A stretch of 64,000 bases of DNA, filler included, from Globobulimina sp. (taxonomy: Eukaryota), in the NCBI GenBank assembly GCA_003354225.1. It is 10 parts of 10 records of this genome, joined end to end, with 100 filler letters (N's around TTAATTAATTAA, not from the genome) between each part and the next. Parts side by side here need not be neighbours in the genome. Positions count along the whole stretch, not along the records: positions 6,439 to 12,773 come from PIVH01000312.1; positions 12,874 to 19,196 come from PIVH01000313.1; positions 19,297 to 25,618 come from PIVH01000314.1; 7 more parts are not named here. One strand, given 5' to 3'. Under the pieces are notes generated by a model. It had not been told where the DNA came from and made no database searches. It was given only the letters and a program-made list of their open reading frames with translations. Shown piece after piece: positions 8,903 to 19,712 of this stretch. A program made the translations under genes and the position numbers. Positions within the stretch are counted from its first letter, which is position 1; the number at the start of each line of letters is the position of its first letter.

Positions 8903-10705
8903 ATGTCAGCAAACAAAAGTCAAAAACAATGTGTAATTAGTAGATGGAGAATTTGTGGCACATTGGGGAAAGGACGTTATTCGTGGACCAAAAAAGGACA
9001 AGATATAAAAACCGGTAAAATTGTTGCACTGACTTTCACGCCCAAATCAGATCTGGATATAGTTGGACTTAAAGAGCAAGCAAAACAAATACAAACAGAG
9101 ATTGAGACGCTTAAAAACATCAGACATCCGAATGTAAGGAAATTATATGCGTATAATTTAAATGCGCAATGTCCATTATCCTCCATACATAGCATACTAT
9201 TCGTATTTGAACGTGTGGCTGGCGGTGAATTATTTGATATATTACATTACGCCTCAACATTCACAGAAATTGTCGCAAGAACATATTTCAAACAACTTAT
9301 AAATGGATTAGAAGCATGTCATGATATGAATTTATTTCATCGTAACCTTAAACCACAACATTTATTATTGGACAACAATTATAATTTAAAAATCGTTAAT
9401 TTTGGTTGTTCACAAATAATACACTCAAATTCTGATGCAATTGGAACTAATCCATATGAAGCACCTGAATTGTTATTGAATGCCAAATATACCGCAAAGT
9501 GTGATATTTTTTCTGCGGGAGTCATTTTATTTATTTTATTGGCTGGATACCCTCCGTTCAACCAAGCGTCAAAAAAAGATATGTGGTTCAAAAACATAAT
9601 GGAAGGCAAAATTGCAAAGTTCTGGAAAGCTCATAAAAAGTGTACTATCGCAAAAAATGCAGAGGCCAAAGATTTATTGATATTAATGTTATCATTTCGG
9701 CCAAGCAAACGCATTGATATTAACGGTATCAAATCGCACAAATGGTGTAAAGGTCAAATATTGAAAGGAAATGAGTTAATCACAGAAATACTGGATCAAC
9801 ATAGCAAGGCAGAGGAGCAAAGGCGGAAAGATGCGCGAAAAAGTAATGATGTGGCAACCTCTCTGAATTCATATGGGGGAATTCCTGGAGTCGGAATTGA
9901 GAAATTTGTATTAAAAACATTTCCTGATGAATTTATTGAAGGTATGTTTGGAGAAACATATACGTTTCTGGAACCTCGCCAACATGTGACTGATTTGTAT
10001 GATTTGCTGGAGAATGCGATTTGTGGCCCGGGAAGAGGTTCGTGCCGATTTGATTTTGATACTCAAACAGTTAAACTATTATATAATCAACAGACAAATA
10101 TGTAAATGTTCACGTACGTACAGTTAAATTGTGAGATGCGTGTTGCACACAATAATTATAACGGTGCACATGCAGTGACATTTGGTGTGGAAATATTTGA
10201 ATCGAGAATGTGGAAAAATAGATATTTGGAGTTAAATGACAGTACTTTGATTGCTGAGACTGTTGCCAGGAATGAACATCAAATATATGTTATACGAATT
10301 AAGCGCATATATGGTGATACATTGATGTTTAATAACATAAAAAAAAGATTTATGTTAACATATTGTTCACCACTTATTAAAGGATTGCCAAAATGGGCTC
10401 GCAAGATGGAAAAACTTAAAGTGAGTGAATTGGAAATGCTTAGACGGGAATGTTTGGTGAGTGGCTACGTTAAACAAAGCATTGAGAGTTTATTTGATGA
10501 CCATATTATTTCTATTTGTTTTGAGTATTATTGTTCGAAACGGAAACTAGTGATTGATTCATGGCTGATGCGGATGCATTATTGTAGGGGAAATGTTGAT
10601 GATGCTGAGTATTATAAGGAGTTAGGGGATATATTTGTGAATGATAATGAAGGGGGAATAAAACTGAACAATCAGACAGTAAATAAAGAAAAAATAAACC
10701 CTTAA
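8903..10705 (+). CDS. CAMK/SNF1-like Ser/Thr kinase homologue, predicted pseudokinase; one intron (10070-10123)
   Basis: GTLGKGRYS, GGELFD, YEAPE, DIFSAGVILFILLAGYPPF. Catalytic motifs read VALT, HRN and NFG. A 54-bp GT..AG intron joins the two ORFs in frame. Confidence 0.85.
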
Positions 10706-10792
10706 ATAATTGTTCATAATCTTCTTTTGCTGTCGGAAATGTCGGAAAATAATGCGAAAAACTAAACATTTCTCAGTTTCTGCATTGGAACG

Positions 10793-12576
10793 ATGGTTGC
10801 TGAAAACAAAAGTGTGCTAATATTCCTGGTTGCATATTTTTTAAAAATAAGCTTAGCAGTGTTGCAATTGTATGGTGTATATCGGCTCTGGTCAATAAAT
10901 CATCTAATTATTGTTCAAAAGAGATATCCACAAATTATATTAATTGAAGCATTCGTGGTTCTGTGCTATTTGCTAATAGCCTCACCTTTGTTGGATTTAA
11001 ATTTATTGAATTTGACAGATGCGTTGTATCCTTATTCATCAATTTTAAAAATATCAGGTTATGTGACGTATTGTTATTTTTCTCATTTTATAATAAATGC
11101 CGAAGGGGCGAGATTGTGGTTAATATATTTTAATTTACAACATTCAAATTCAACCAGTACAGCTGTATGGGAATCAAAAATTGATACAACACTAAAACAG
11201 CAAAATACAGACTGGTTTTTAAATAATAAACATAAATATGGTAATACTAAATGGGTTATATTTCGATATTTTTTATATTATTTATTTGCAGCCACATTCG
11301 CATGTATTTTATTTCTCATTTTTGGCGATACTCATTGGGTTCAATTAATTGATGGCTCTTTATATGGTTTGCCTGTCGTAATTACAATATATGTTTTTTA
11401 TAAATGCCCCAAAACCTCAACAGATTATTTCTTGTTTCATTATGAGTTTAAGGTACGGTATCCAATGAAATGAGGACTTTTTCAGTCAGATCGACAATAA
11501 ATGAAAACGGAATTGTCATATAAATACTGGCAATAAATCAGATTGAATTCCATTTTCATGATATAAGAGATTGAAATTAAGTCCTTATATCATCACATTT
11601 TGCAATATTTATTACATATTTTTTTTTCACTTGCAAACACCTATTTGTTTTGTATTTATTTTGAACAATGTGTGGTGTATATATTTCGTTTGTTAACACA
11701 AACCATCCAAATTCGTTTCCCACCCAGCGAAAGAACAACGCGCACAAAGATTTCTTGCAAGTGAAAAAAATATGTAATACATGTAAGACAACGACATTTT
11801 CATTTATTTTCGGATTATCGATATATTTAATAGCACAACTTATATATTATTTTGATTATTATATTAGTTCAGTGATTGTAGCATTTGTAATGAGTATGGT
11901 GTCTGCTGCATCGTTAATCAGTACATTATGGATTCCTACAAAAATATTATCGAATACTAATTGGAATTCGATTCATAACAATAAAAACAACAACACATAT
12001 GTTATGAATATAATTCATGAGCCTCCAATACATAATAAACAGTCAACCCATGCGAAATTAATAAATTTATTAAAAAATGAAGTCAGTTTACCATTATTTA
12101 TACAACATATGATTCATGAATTTTCGTTAGAAAATATTCTATGTTTTATTGAGCTCGTTCAATTTAAACAATATTTAAGGAAGTTAACAATGAAAATAAG
12201 CAACACCGACAATAATAATATAAGCGATACCATTGTATACGAATTAGCTGCATCAATACCAAAATCAACCATTGTGTATGGTGCCGGTGGCGATAATAAT
12301 TTGACAACGCAAAATGAATTGATATTATATTTTAAGAATTGTTCATATTTATTATTTTTAAAATATATTCATCATAATACTGAATATGCCATTAATATCG
12401 CTTATGAGCTAAGCAATGAATTTTATGATATGATGAAGAATAAGGAATTATGGTTGAATACAAACATTGAATTAATAAAATTGGATGAAATGTTTGATGC
12501 AGTTATTTGTGAAATGTTTTTGTTTTTGATGCAATCGTTCGCTCGATTTGAGAAAAAACACTCATATCAGCTGTAA
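10793..12576 (+). CDS. Multi-pass (7TM-type) membrane protein with a C-terminal RGS domain; probable intron 11453-11787
   Basis: Hydrophobic helices followed by RGS-like 'LFIQHMIHEFSLENILCFIELVQFK...KYI...AINI...QSFARF'. A phase-0 GT..AG intron joins the ORFs. Confidence 0.8.
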
Positions 12577-12773
12577 TTCGCTGATTTTAGCCAAACTGAA
12601 ACAGATTGTTGCAGAATCTGACAATACTGTTAGTGTATATATATATATATATATTGTTACATATAAATAATACATTCTATTTTTTCATGTTCTAAATTAT
12701 GTTTTTTGTGTTTTGTGAATTTTGGGTTTTGTTTACCTGTGTAATGTGTATACGTAAAGCAAATATTAATTAA

Positions 12774-12873
12774 NNNNNNNNNNNNNNNNNNNNNNNNNNN
12801 NNNNNNNNNNNNNNNNNTTAATTAATTAANNNNNNNNNNNNNNNNNNNNNNNNNNNNNNNNNNNNNNNNNNNN
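12774..12873. other. Artificial contig linker
   Basis: N44-TTAATTAATTAA-N44. Confidence 0.98.
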
Positions 12874-13011
12874 AATAATCCCGCTTTAATATTACGTTTT
12901 ATTTGTGACGATAGATCTTGTGTCATTTTTTAGTTAGAAATGTAGTGTCATTTTTTTAGTTAAGATCTTCGATCACTAAACTAGTAAAGTGTTTGTTGCA
13001 CAAATATTAAT

Positions 13012-14541
13012 TTAATTGACTCCCATCAATGCAAAATGACGACAACAAAATCTGCACATATCTGCATTATTTTCACCATAATTCTGTAGAAATTCAAGTT
13101 TGAGAAAAATGCATTTTTCATCCAAAGCTAACTTTACATCAAAATTATCCACATCAAAATATTGTAATTCTTTTGATAATTCTGGTTGAATGGGATCATT
13201 TGTCAAAGGATACCATTCCTTACGCCTAACATCGCCAATATGCACCGTCATTCTCCTGACATCTTGATTTGACTTATAATTTTTAAATATAATTTTCTTC
13301 GGAATCCATTTTTTATTTATTTCCGTATCTTTATATTTGAAAATGATCCAATCACATTCATCTGTTTCAAAATCATTATTCAATGAACTCCAATATTGCT
13401 TTGTATCACTTTTTAATAATAAATATTTTGGATGTCTCGTTAATGAATGTTTGCGGTGTGAATAGTATTCCAATTTTATTTTATTTAATCTTTGATTAAA
13501 CGCATGTTTTATATTTACAAATTGTTCAATATTGGATTGAATAGTAATATCCATCGGTTCTTTCATTAAATATTCAATTTGACAGACATACAATTCATTG
13601 AATTGCAGTACATCAATCAACTGTGTTTTCATATGGATAATATCCTCATTTTCATCATCTCGCGACATGAACGAAATGGTGCCATGTTTAAATATGTTCC
13701 ATTCTTCATTCATTTTCTCATCATCCATATCTATCTTATATTTTATGATAATATTATCTTTATCGATATCTTTGTTGTAATGTTTGAATAACCAATTTAA
13801 TTTGATACAATATCCATCATTTTTATCCACAAAAACATGGGGTTTCCATAAAAGAATGGTTGGAAATGATACAAAATTTGAATTCGTCGTCTTTGTCAAT
13901 GATGAGATTGCATGCTTTATATTATCATGCATTTCACCATCAAAGTTGACGGATATTATCGGAGTTATAGATTGGAGATGTTTTATTAAATCCGATTGTT
14001 TTTGGTATTTTGTAAATTTATCAGTGTTATTTTCGTTTTTATATTGGATTATATCGGAAATTTCTTGATTTACCTTTTCTAATTTATTTAATTTCCATTC
14101 ATCTATTTGTTGATGTACTTGTTTTTGTTTTGTTGTTAATCTCGTTATAATTTCTTGAAATTTCCCATCAATGTTTTTTTTTGCAGAATTGCAGCCACTT
14201 TCAATTGCTGTAAAATATGCTTCCAAAATATGTTGCATATCATCAAGTTGACTCAAAGTCGTTTCCGTTTTTTTAAAAGATTTGGGTTGTTTGGTTGGTG
14301 TTGATGTTGTTGGATTGTCCTGTTTTTGATGCAACTCTTTTAATTTCAAATTATCGTTGCCGTTTAATTGTAATTTATGGCCTAATGTTGTCAATTCATT
14401 TTCATTCAATTTAGTTAAGTCAACAATTGTCGTAATTCCATTCTCTTGTAATTTTGTGTGCAAATGATCCAAATTTAATTGAATTAAACATTTTAACAAT
14501 GGACAAGTCTCTGTTTCAAAAACTGGTTCTTTTTGTGCCAT
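13012..14541 (-). CDS. Protein with SAM-like N-terminus, coiled coil, FN3-like region and a C-terminal beta-sandwich (discoidin/galactose-binding-like)
   Basis: 509-aa ORF. 'LIQLNLDHLHTKLQENGITTIVDLTKLNENEL' is SAM-like. C-terminal 'DWIIF...LKLEFLQNYG' resembles a sandwich domain. Confidence 0.6.
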   Translation of the reverse strand: MAQKEPVFETETCPLLKCLIQLNLDHLHTKLQENGITTIVDLTKLNENELTTLGHKLQLNGNDNLKLKELHQKQDNPTTSTPTKQPKSFKKTETTLSQLDDMQHILEAYFTAIESGCNSAKKNIDGKFQEIITRLTTKQKQVHQQIDEWKLNKLEKVNQEISDIIQYKNENNTDKFTKYQKQSDLIKHLQSITPIISVNFDGEMHDNIKHAISSLTKTTNSNFVSFPTILLWKPHVFVDKNDGYCIKLNWLFKHYNKDIDKDNIIIKYKIDMDDEKMNEEWNIFKHGTISFMSRDDENEDIIHMKTQLIDVLQFNELYVCQIEYLMKEPMDITIQSNIEQFVNIKHAFNQRLNKIKLEYYSHRKHSLTRHPKYLLLKSDTKQYWSSLNNDFETDECDWIIFKYKDTEINKKWIPKKIIFKNYKSNQDVRRMTVHIGDVRRKEWYPLTNDPIQPELSKELQYFDVDNFDVKLALDEKCIFLKLEFLQNYGENNADMCRFCCRHFALMGVN

Positions 14542-14598
14542 GTAAATTAAAATAAGTAATTATACTAGAAAACATTTGTTAGTCAGAAGCATTCGAAA

Positions 14599-15609
14599 AT
14601 GTCCTTTTCTTTGGTGGTTCGAGGATGTCTTATTATCTCTACGGTATTTTGTTATACGATTGTAATAATGGATATTGCTACGCGGGCTGTAAATAACATT
14701 CACACTCACAAATATCAAAAATGTTTGAATATATGGTCTATGTTAACAATGGTTGTATGCTGCGCCAAAGTCACCTTTAGTTTCATGTATACGCTATCAT
14801 TTATTTGCCACACTGCAGTTTATATCAATACGTATATGATGGCCAAAGTATTTTTTACATTTTATCAGATTTATAGACTTAAAGCATGTTTTAATTCATC
14901 AGTTCCAAAGTGTACATTCATCTTCTTATTTTTGAATGGGGTTTTTATTATATTAGTCATTCAAATTATTCACTCATTCAATGTCTATCCATTACATGAC
15001 ACTGAACATAGTATCTGTTATTTAATTACAATCACATCAGCGCGGAAATTAGTATTCTTTGTGCTGATATGGTATTATTTTTGGGATATGTTTGTTTTGT
15101 ATAAATATGTTTCCAAAGTTACAATGCTTAGAAATAATGCAACCTCAACGTCCCATATCCAACAAACTACGCTTATTATATATAAAGTCACCATTCTGAC
15201 GGTTATGAATGAAATCATATTCTTTTTTGCTACATTTATCCCATTGGGACTCAGTTTATTGTCAAGTAGTACCAATCTGTTTGGAATTCGATTAATAATA
15301 AGTAATATTGATGTGGTCACGTCATGTTTTATTATGTGTTTAATGACACAGCGTCAACATAAGAAATATCTACAATTAATGCGATTATTTATGAAATGTA
15401 AATGTTGTTGCAATTGCTGTAAACAGTTGATATCTGTCACTGTGACATATGACAAAACAGAACCAGTAGCAATGGAAACAAATAAAAATACTAAAAATAT
15501 AGTAATATCTGCTCCAAGTACTAGTAAGCATCTACATACAATAACATCATTGGAAATTTCTGATATGCCTCATACATCAAACACGAGCAGAGTCAGCGGA
15601 GTTGAATGA
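14599..15609 (+). CDS. Putative 7TM (GPCR-like) membrane protein
   Basis: 336-aa ORF with about 7 hydrophobic segments, a Cys cluster after the last helix and a hydrophilic tail. Confidence 0.65.
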   Translation: MSFSLVVRGCLIISTVFCYTIVIMDIATRAVNNIHTHKYQKCLNIWSMLTMVVCCAKVTFSFMYTLSFICHTAVYINTYMMAKVFFTFYQIYRLKACFNSSVPKCTFIFLFLNGVFIILVIQIIHSFNVYPLHDTEHSICYLITITSARKLVFFVLIWYYFWDMFVLYKYVSKVTMLRNNATSTSHIQQTTLIIYKVTILTVMNEIIFFFATFIPLGLSLLSSSTNLFGIRLIISNIDVVTSCFIMCLMTQRQHKKYLQLMRLFMKCKCCCNCCKQLISVTVTYDKTEPVAMETNKNTKNIVISAPSTSKHLHTITSLEISDMPHTSNTSRVSGVE

Positions 15610-15810
15610 GTAATTTGAACTTTCGAATCCGGAAACATGTGAACAAACGGAGCAAATCCTTGTATATCTACATATATTCATTCGCAATCACTTTTTTTTT
15701 CCGCTGTCAGATTGTACTTTTACGGACATTGTCAGATTGTGTATATGTACAAGATTTGCACTGATTGAGCTGTTTGTTTATGTACATTCCAGATTGTTGA
15801 TAAAATTATT

Positions 15811-15990
15811 TGATGACTAGATTACTCCGTGAAAATCTTAAAATCACTGTTATCACCTCGCAATTCAGAAATATTTTCCTAGATCACATAATATCAAAAC
15901 GATGACGAAACTAGCAAGAAAACTAAAAATTTGTCGTTTGTGAGGTGATAACAGTGATTTTAAGATTTTAACTAAGTAAGCTAGTCATCA
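15811..15990. mobile_element. MITE-like element, 180 bp, with 53-bp terminal inverted repeats
   Basis: 15811-15863 matches the reverse complement of 15938-15990 at 48/53 positions. Non-coding, between convergent genes. Confidence 0.7.
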
Positions 15991-16185
15991 TTCAAGTTAT
16001 TTGAACAAATCTTTCACTTCTTTTGTGCTTGACTAAGTTTTTTAAAGTTTTTTGCACCTGCACTGGAACAAGATTTAGATATGGAATTAGATTTAATAGA
16101 TTAGATTAGATTAATTTAACATAAACCTCGTGCATAAATAATCACTTGGTTTAGCAAAAAAGAAAACGGAAGATATAATTCATAT

Positions 16186-17631
16186 TCAGTTTGATTTCCT
16201 AGATTTTAACCACAACAAAATAAATCCTAGCAATGCCAAAATAGCAATATACACTCCGACCAGCCCTAAATGTACCTGCGATAACAAAGTAGCAACCACA
16301 GGCGCCGTACCAGCAAATAAAGCCTGAGACAAATTGTACCCAACGCCCATCACACAATATCTCACAACAACATCATCCACGCAATCCACCATACACACTT
16401 GCATCGGGCCTGCAAAACCTCCCAATACAATCCCAGCAACAAATTGTGTAATTATGAATGGATACACTTCTCCATTTTTAGTCAATCCATCAAGCAATAA
16501 ATAGGTTGGGATCGCCAATAAAACTGACAATAATGCACTAAGTCTCATTGTTGTAAAGTATGTATATATATCACTGACATATCCACCAAATAACAGGCAA
16601 CTACATATCCATAACAACATAATTGAATTTACAATAAAAGCATGTTCAACACAGGGAATTCTTTCATTTTCCAGATACGTCGGCAACCATAAAAAACAAA
16701 TATGAAATGGAGCAGACCACGGTGCCACAATACCTGTTATATATAATATTTCCTTCCAATATGACAGCACCGCTTTACTCAACGGATTGCGTACAATTTG
16801 ATGCGATTTACAAGCGGCCTCAAATTCATGTGAATCAGTCATTTTATATTGAGTCACAAATCCAATAATACCAATTATAAATGACAACAAAAATGGTATT
16901 CTCCAGCCATATCTATCCATTGCATCGCCTGATAACACAGCCTCAAAAATGGAGGCAACCCACGCTCCAAACATGGTGCCAACAGTTGCTGTCATCATAA
17001 CTAAAGAGCCATAAAATCCCCTTTTCTCTTTTTTGCAACTTTCCACTAAAAATAACATCGAACCAACCAACTGTCCACCAACTGATAAGCCTTGGAATAA
17101 TCGCAACAGTGTTAATATTATTGGTGCTGCAATGCCAATGCTTGAATATGTTGGTAATAGTCCCAGACAAAAGGTAGAAATAAACATCATTACCATCGAT
17201 ATTTGTAATGCTAATTTTCTACCCATTTTATCTCCTAAAATACCAAACAATACACCACCAACTGGTCTGGCAATGAATGCGCCTGCAAATACGCCATATG
17301 ATTTAATCAGTTCTGCTGTCGGGGAGGATGATGGGAAAAATGAATTTCCAATCGGTTGAGCCAAGAATCCAAACACTATATAATTTTAAACTTCAAGTTG
17401 ATTAACAATGTATAAGTTATGGGTTAGAAGCAAACCTGCAAAGTCATACCATTCCAATATATTTCCCACTGACCCGCCTATAATTTGTGTCCATGTCACA
17501 TCGACATGTTTCTGCTCGTATTGCATCACATTTTGTTCAAGTTCCATTGTAGCCAGCAACTCCACATCTTCTTTATCATTTTTACCACTACCATAATGTG
17601 ACATGCTCACGTAATCTGTTTTTGAAGTCAT
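16186..17631 (-). CDS. MFS metabolite:H+ symporter (ProP/MHS family); intron 17376-17435
   Basis: Spliced GNILEWYDFAVFGF, plus RPVGGVLFGILGDKMGRK, LRLFQGLSVGG and GWRIPFL. Confidence 0.9.
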
Positions 17632-17665
17632 TTTAAGAGCCGTTTTCGAGAATTCAAAACATATA

Positions 17666-18463
17666 ATGTCTGTTGTCATAGTTATTGTAGCATTGATATT
17701 AATCATTAATAGTGTTCAGGGTGATTCTGGTATGTTAATAATGCAAACAATATCCATGTGAAGCATTAATGATAATCTCAAACAGAAATTAGCTGCGCAA
17801 ATATACGATGTTCAGGCCCCTGTTTAGAGACCTCCGAAGGTCCAAAATGTTGTTCATTTGATGAAGATTGTTCAATGGAGGATTACAATAAAAAAAATTG
17901 CATAAAATGTGGAGATGTCAGATATGAGAATGAATGTTATGCAAAATGTAATGGAAACGCTGTCGAATCTGAACGATGCTCATCATGTTAAATATACAGC
18001 ATTTATATACATTTCCTATATCATTATATACATTTATGCCAACTGTATAGGTGAACAAGATTCTGGTTGTAGGACTGCAGGATGTTCCGGAGAATTATGT
18101 GTAGCAAAAGATTCTGATATTGTAGCATCAATTTGTGTATTTAAATGTGAATATAAATGCACAAAATTTCAAACATGTGCTCAAAATGAGCAGGCAGATT
18201 GTGAATGGATTACAAATCCAGAAGATGCAGTAAAATATGTTGGTGATTGTATGGCAGTGTGTGGTGCTGTGGGTGATCTCGAGGTTAATGAGAATAAGGA
18301 GAGAGTTAAGATGTGTCGCTGTACAATGGAATATAATCCCTTATGTTGTAATGGAAAAACTTATCCAAATCCATGTAGTGCAGAGTGTAAAGGTGGAATA
18401 AGAAAACCAGCTGGAAAACAGCAAGAATGCCAAATCGGTGAATGTGTGCGTAAAGATTTGTGA
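17666..18463 (+). CDS. Secreted cysteine-rich protein with Kazal-like domains; introns 17730-17785 and 17987-18050
   Basis: Signal peptide MSVVIVIVALILIINSVQG, 'GCSGELC' cysteine cluster and Kazal-like CTMEYNPLCCNGKTYPNPCSAEC. Both introns are GT..AG and preserve frame. Confidence 0.75.
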
Positions 18464-18552
18464 ATTTGAAACTGTATACATTAGCCTTGCACTGCAATGA
18501 ATAATTAATATTTCTAAAATAAAAATTTACAAAACATATTTTTCAAGCAAAG

Positions 18553-18940
18553 TTAAGAGCAATTCTGCAAAACCAAAAATGTGGTATCTTGGCTTGCAAC
18601 ACTGACAATAATCGGACTCCCATAATTCGCAGTTTTTCCTGTCCAAATATCCGTTGATTGACATGATTTCAAGCCATTATTGTTTGTAATTTCACTCAAT
18701 GTCGCATTCATATTCCTTGCACTATTTCCAGCCACATTAAAAAATGCAACATAATATTTGCCACCACTTTGTGCCGCAGCCCATTTGACTTCGACGGGAT
18801 TCCCGGATCTATCATACGTTGATGAGGCTAATTGTCGATTGTTGCTAGACTCAATATTCACACTTAGCGCCATTTTATTTGTCAATAAACCCAACGTAAA
18901 AGCATCACTTTGCAATGCCATTACTTCCCCGCCAAATGCG
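18553..18940 (-). CDS. C-terminal fragment of an alpha-galactosidase (GH27-like)
   Basis: FGG...DAFTLGLLTNKMALSVN...YYVAFFN...DIWTG resembles the GH27 C-terminal beta domain. The 5' part is replaced by foreign sequence. Confidence 0.6.
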
Positions 18941-19196
18941 GAAATCACTGATGTCCATATTTTCTGAAGTGGTGTTGGTTAATTCAATAAATTTTGGCTC
19001 TCCCCCGCTCCGATTCCCATCCATGACCTCGCTAATAATGAGTCCCTGAACTATAACTTGTTGATCATTTGCATAAATAGTTAAAACAAACGTTTCGTTT
19101 CCATTGGAGATGGCTGAGTCACCCCCACTAATATTGCTGACTCCAAAAATAAATGTTTCCAGGTCTTCGGCCAGATCCAACGCTATATCGCGGAGA
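18915..19196 (-). CDS. Fragment of a bacterial-type lamin-tail-domain surface protein (probable chimeric contig end)
   Basis: LIISEVMDGNRSGGEPKFIELTNTTSENMDISDFRI resembles the start of a lamin tail domain. It is in a different frame from the GH27 fragment it abuts. Confidence 0.55.
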
Positions 19197-19296
19197 NNNN
19201 NNNNNNNNNNNNNNNNNNNNNNNNNNNNNNNNNNNNNNNNTTAATTAATTAANNNNNNNNNNNNNNNNNNNNNNNNNNNNNNNNNNNNNNNNNNNN
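19197..19296. other. Artificial contig linker
   Basis: N44-TTAATTAATTAA-N44. Confidence 0.98.
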
Positions 19297-19712
19297 AATA
19301 TGCAATTCAACAGAGTATAGATATAAATGATGAGGATGATGATGTCGAGGATGATCAAAATACATTAATTGATGCAGTATGCGGTGATAAATGTGTACAC
19401 AAAAGGTTTTTGGAGAAAACGCAACAACATTTTGTTAGGTATGGAATGATGAATGACGATCAAGAAAATAAATTTCTTGAAAATGGCATGGTGAATTTTA
19501 AAATATAGACACGTAAAATGTTTTTTTTGTTTTTGTCTGTTTTTGTGCTTTTTTGTGTTTTTTTTGTTTTTGTACTCTTTTTGTTTGCTGTCTATCGTTC
19601 CATGCGCTATTTGTCCACAAACATAATATCCATTGGCAGTTTTGCTTTATCGTAAAAATCTATTTTGTAACAGGAAAAACTGAGATAACTACGATAACTA
19701 CGTACAGCAGTC

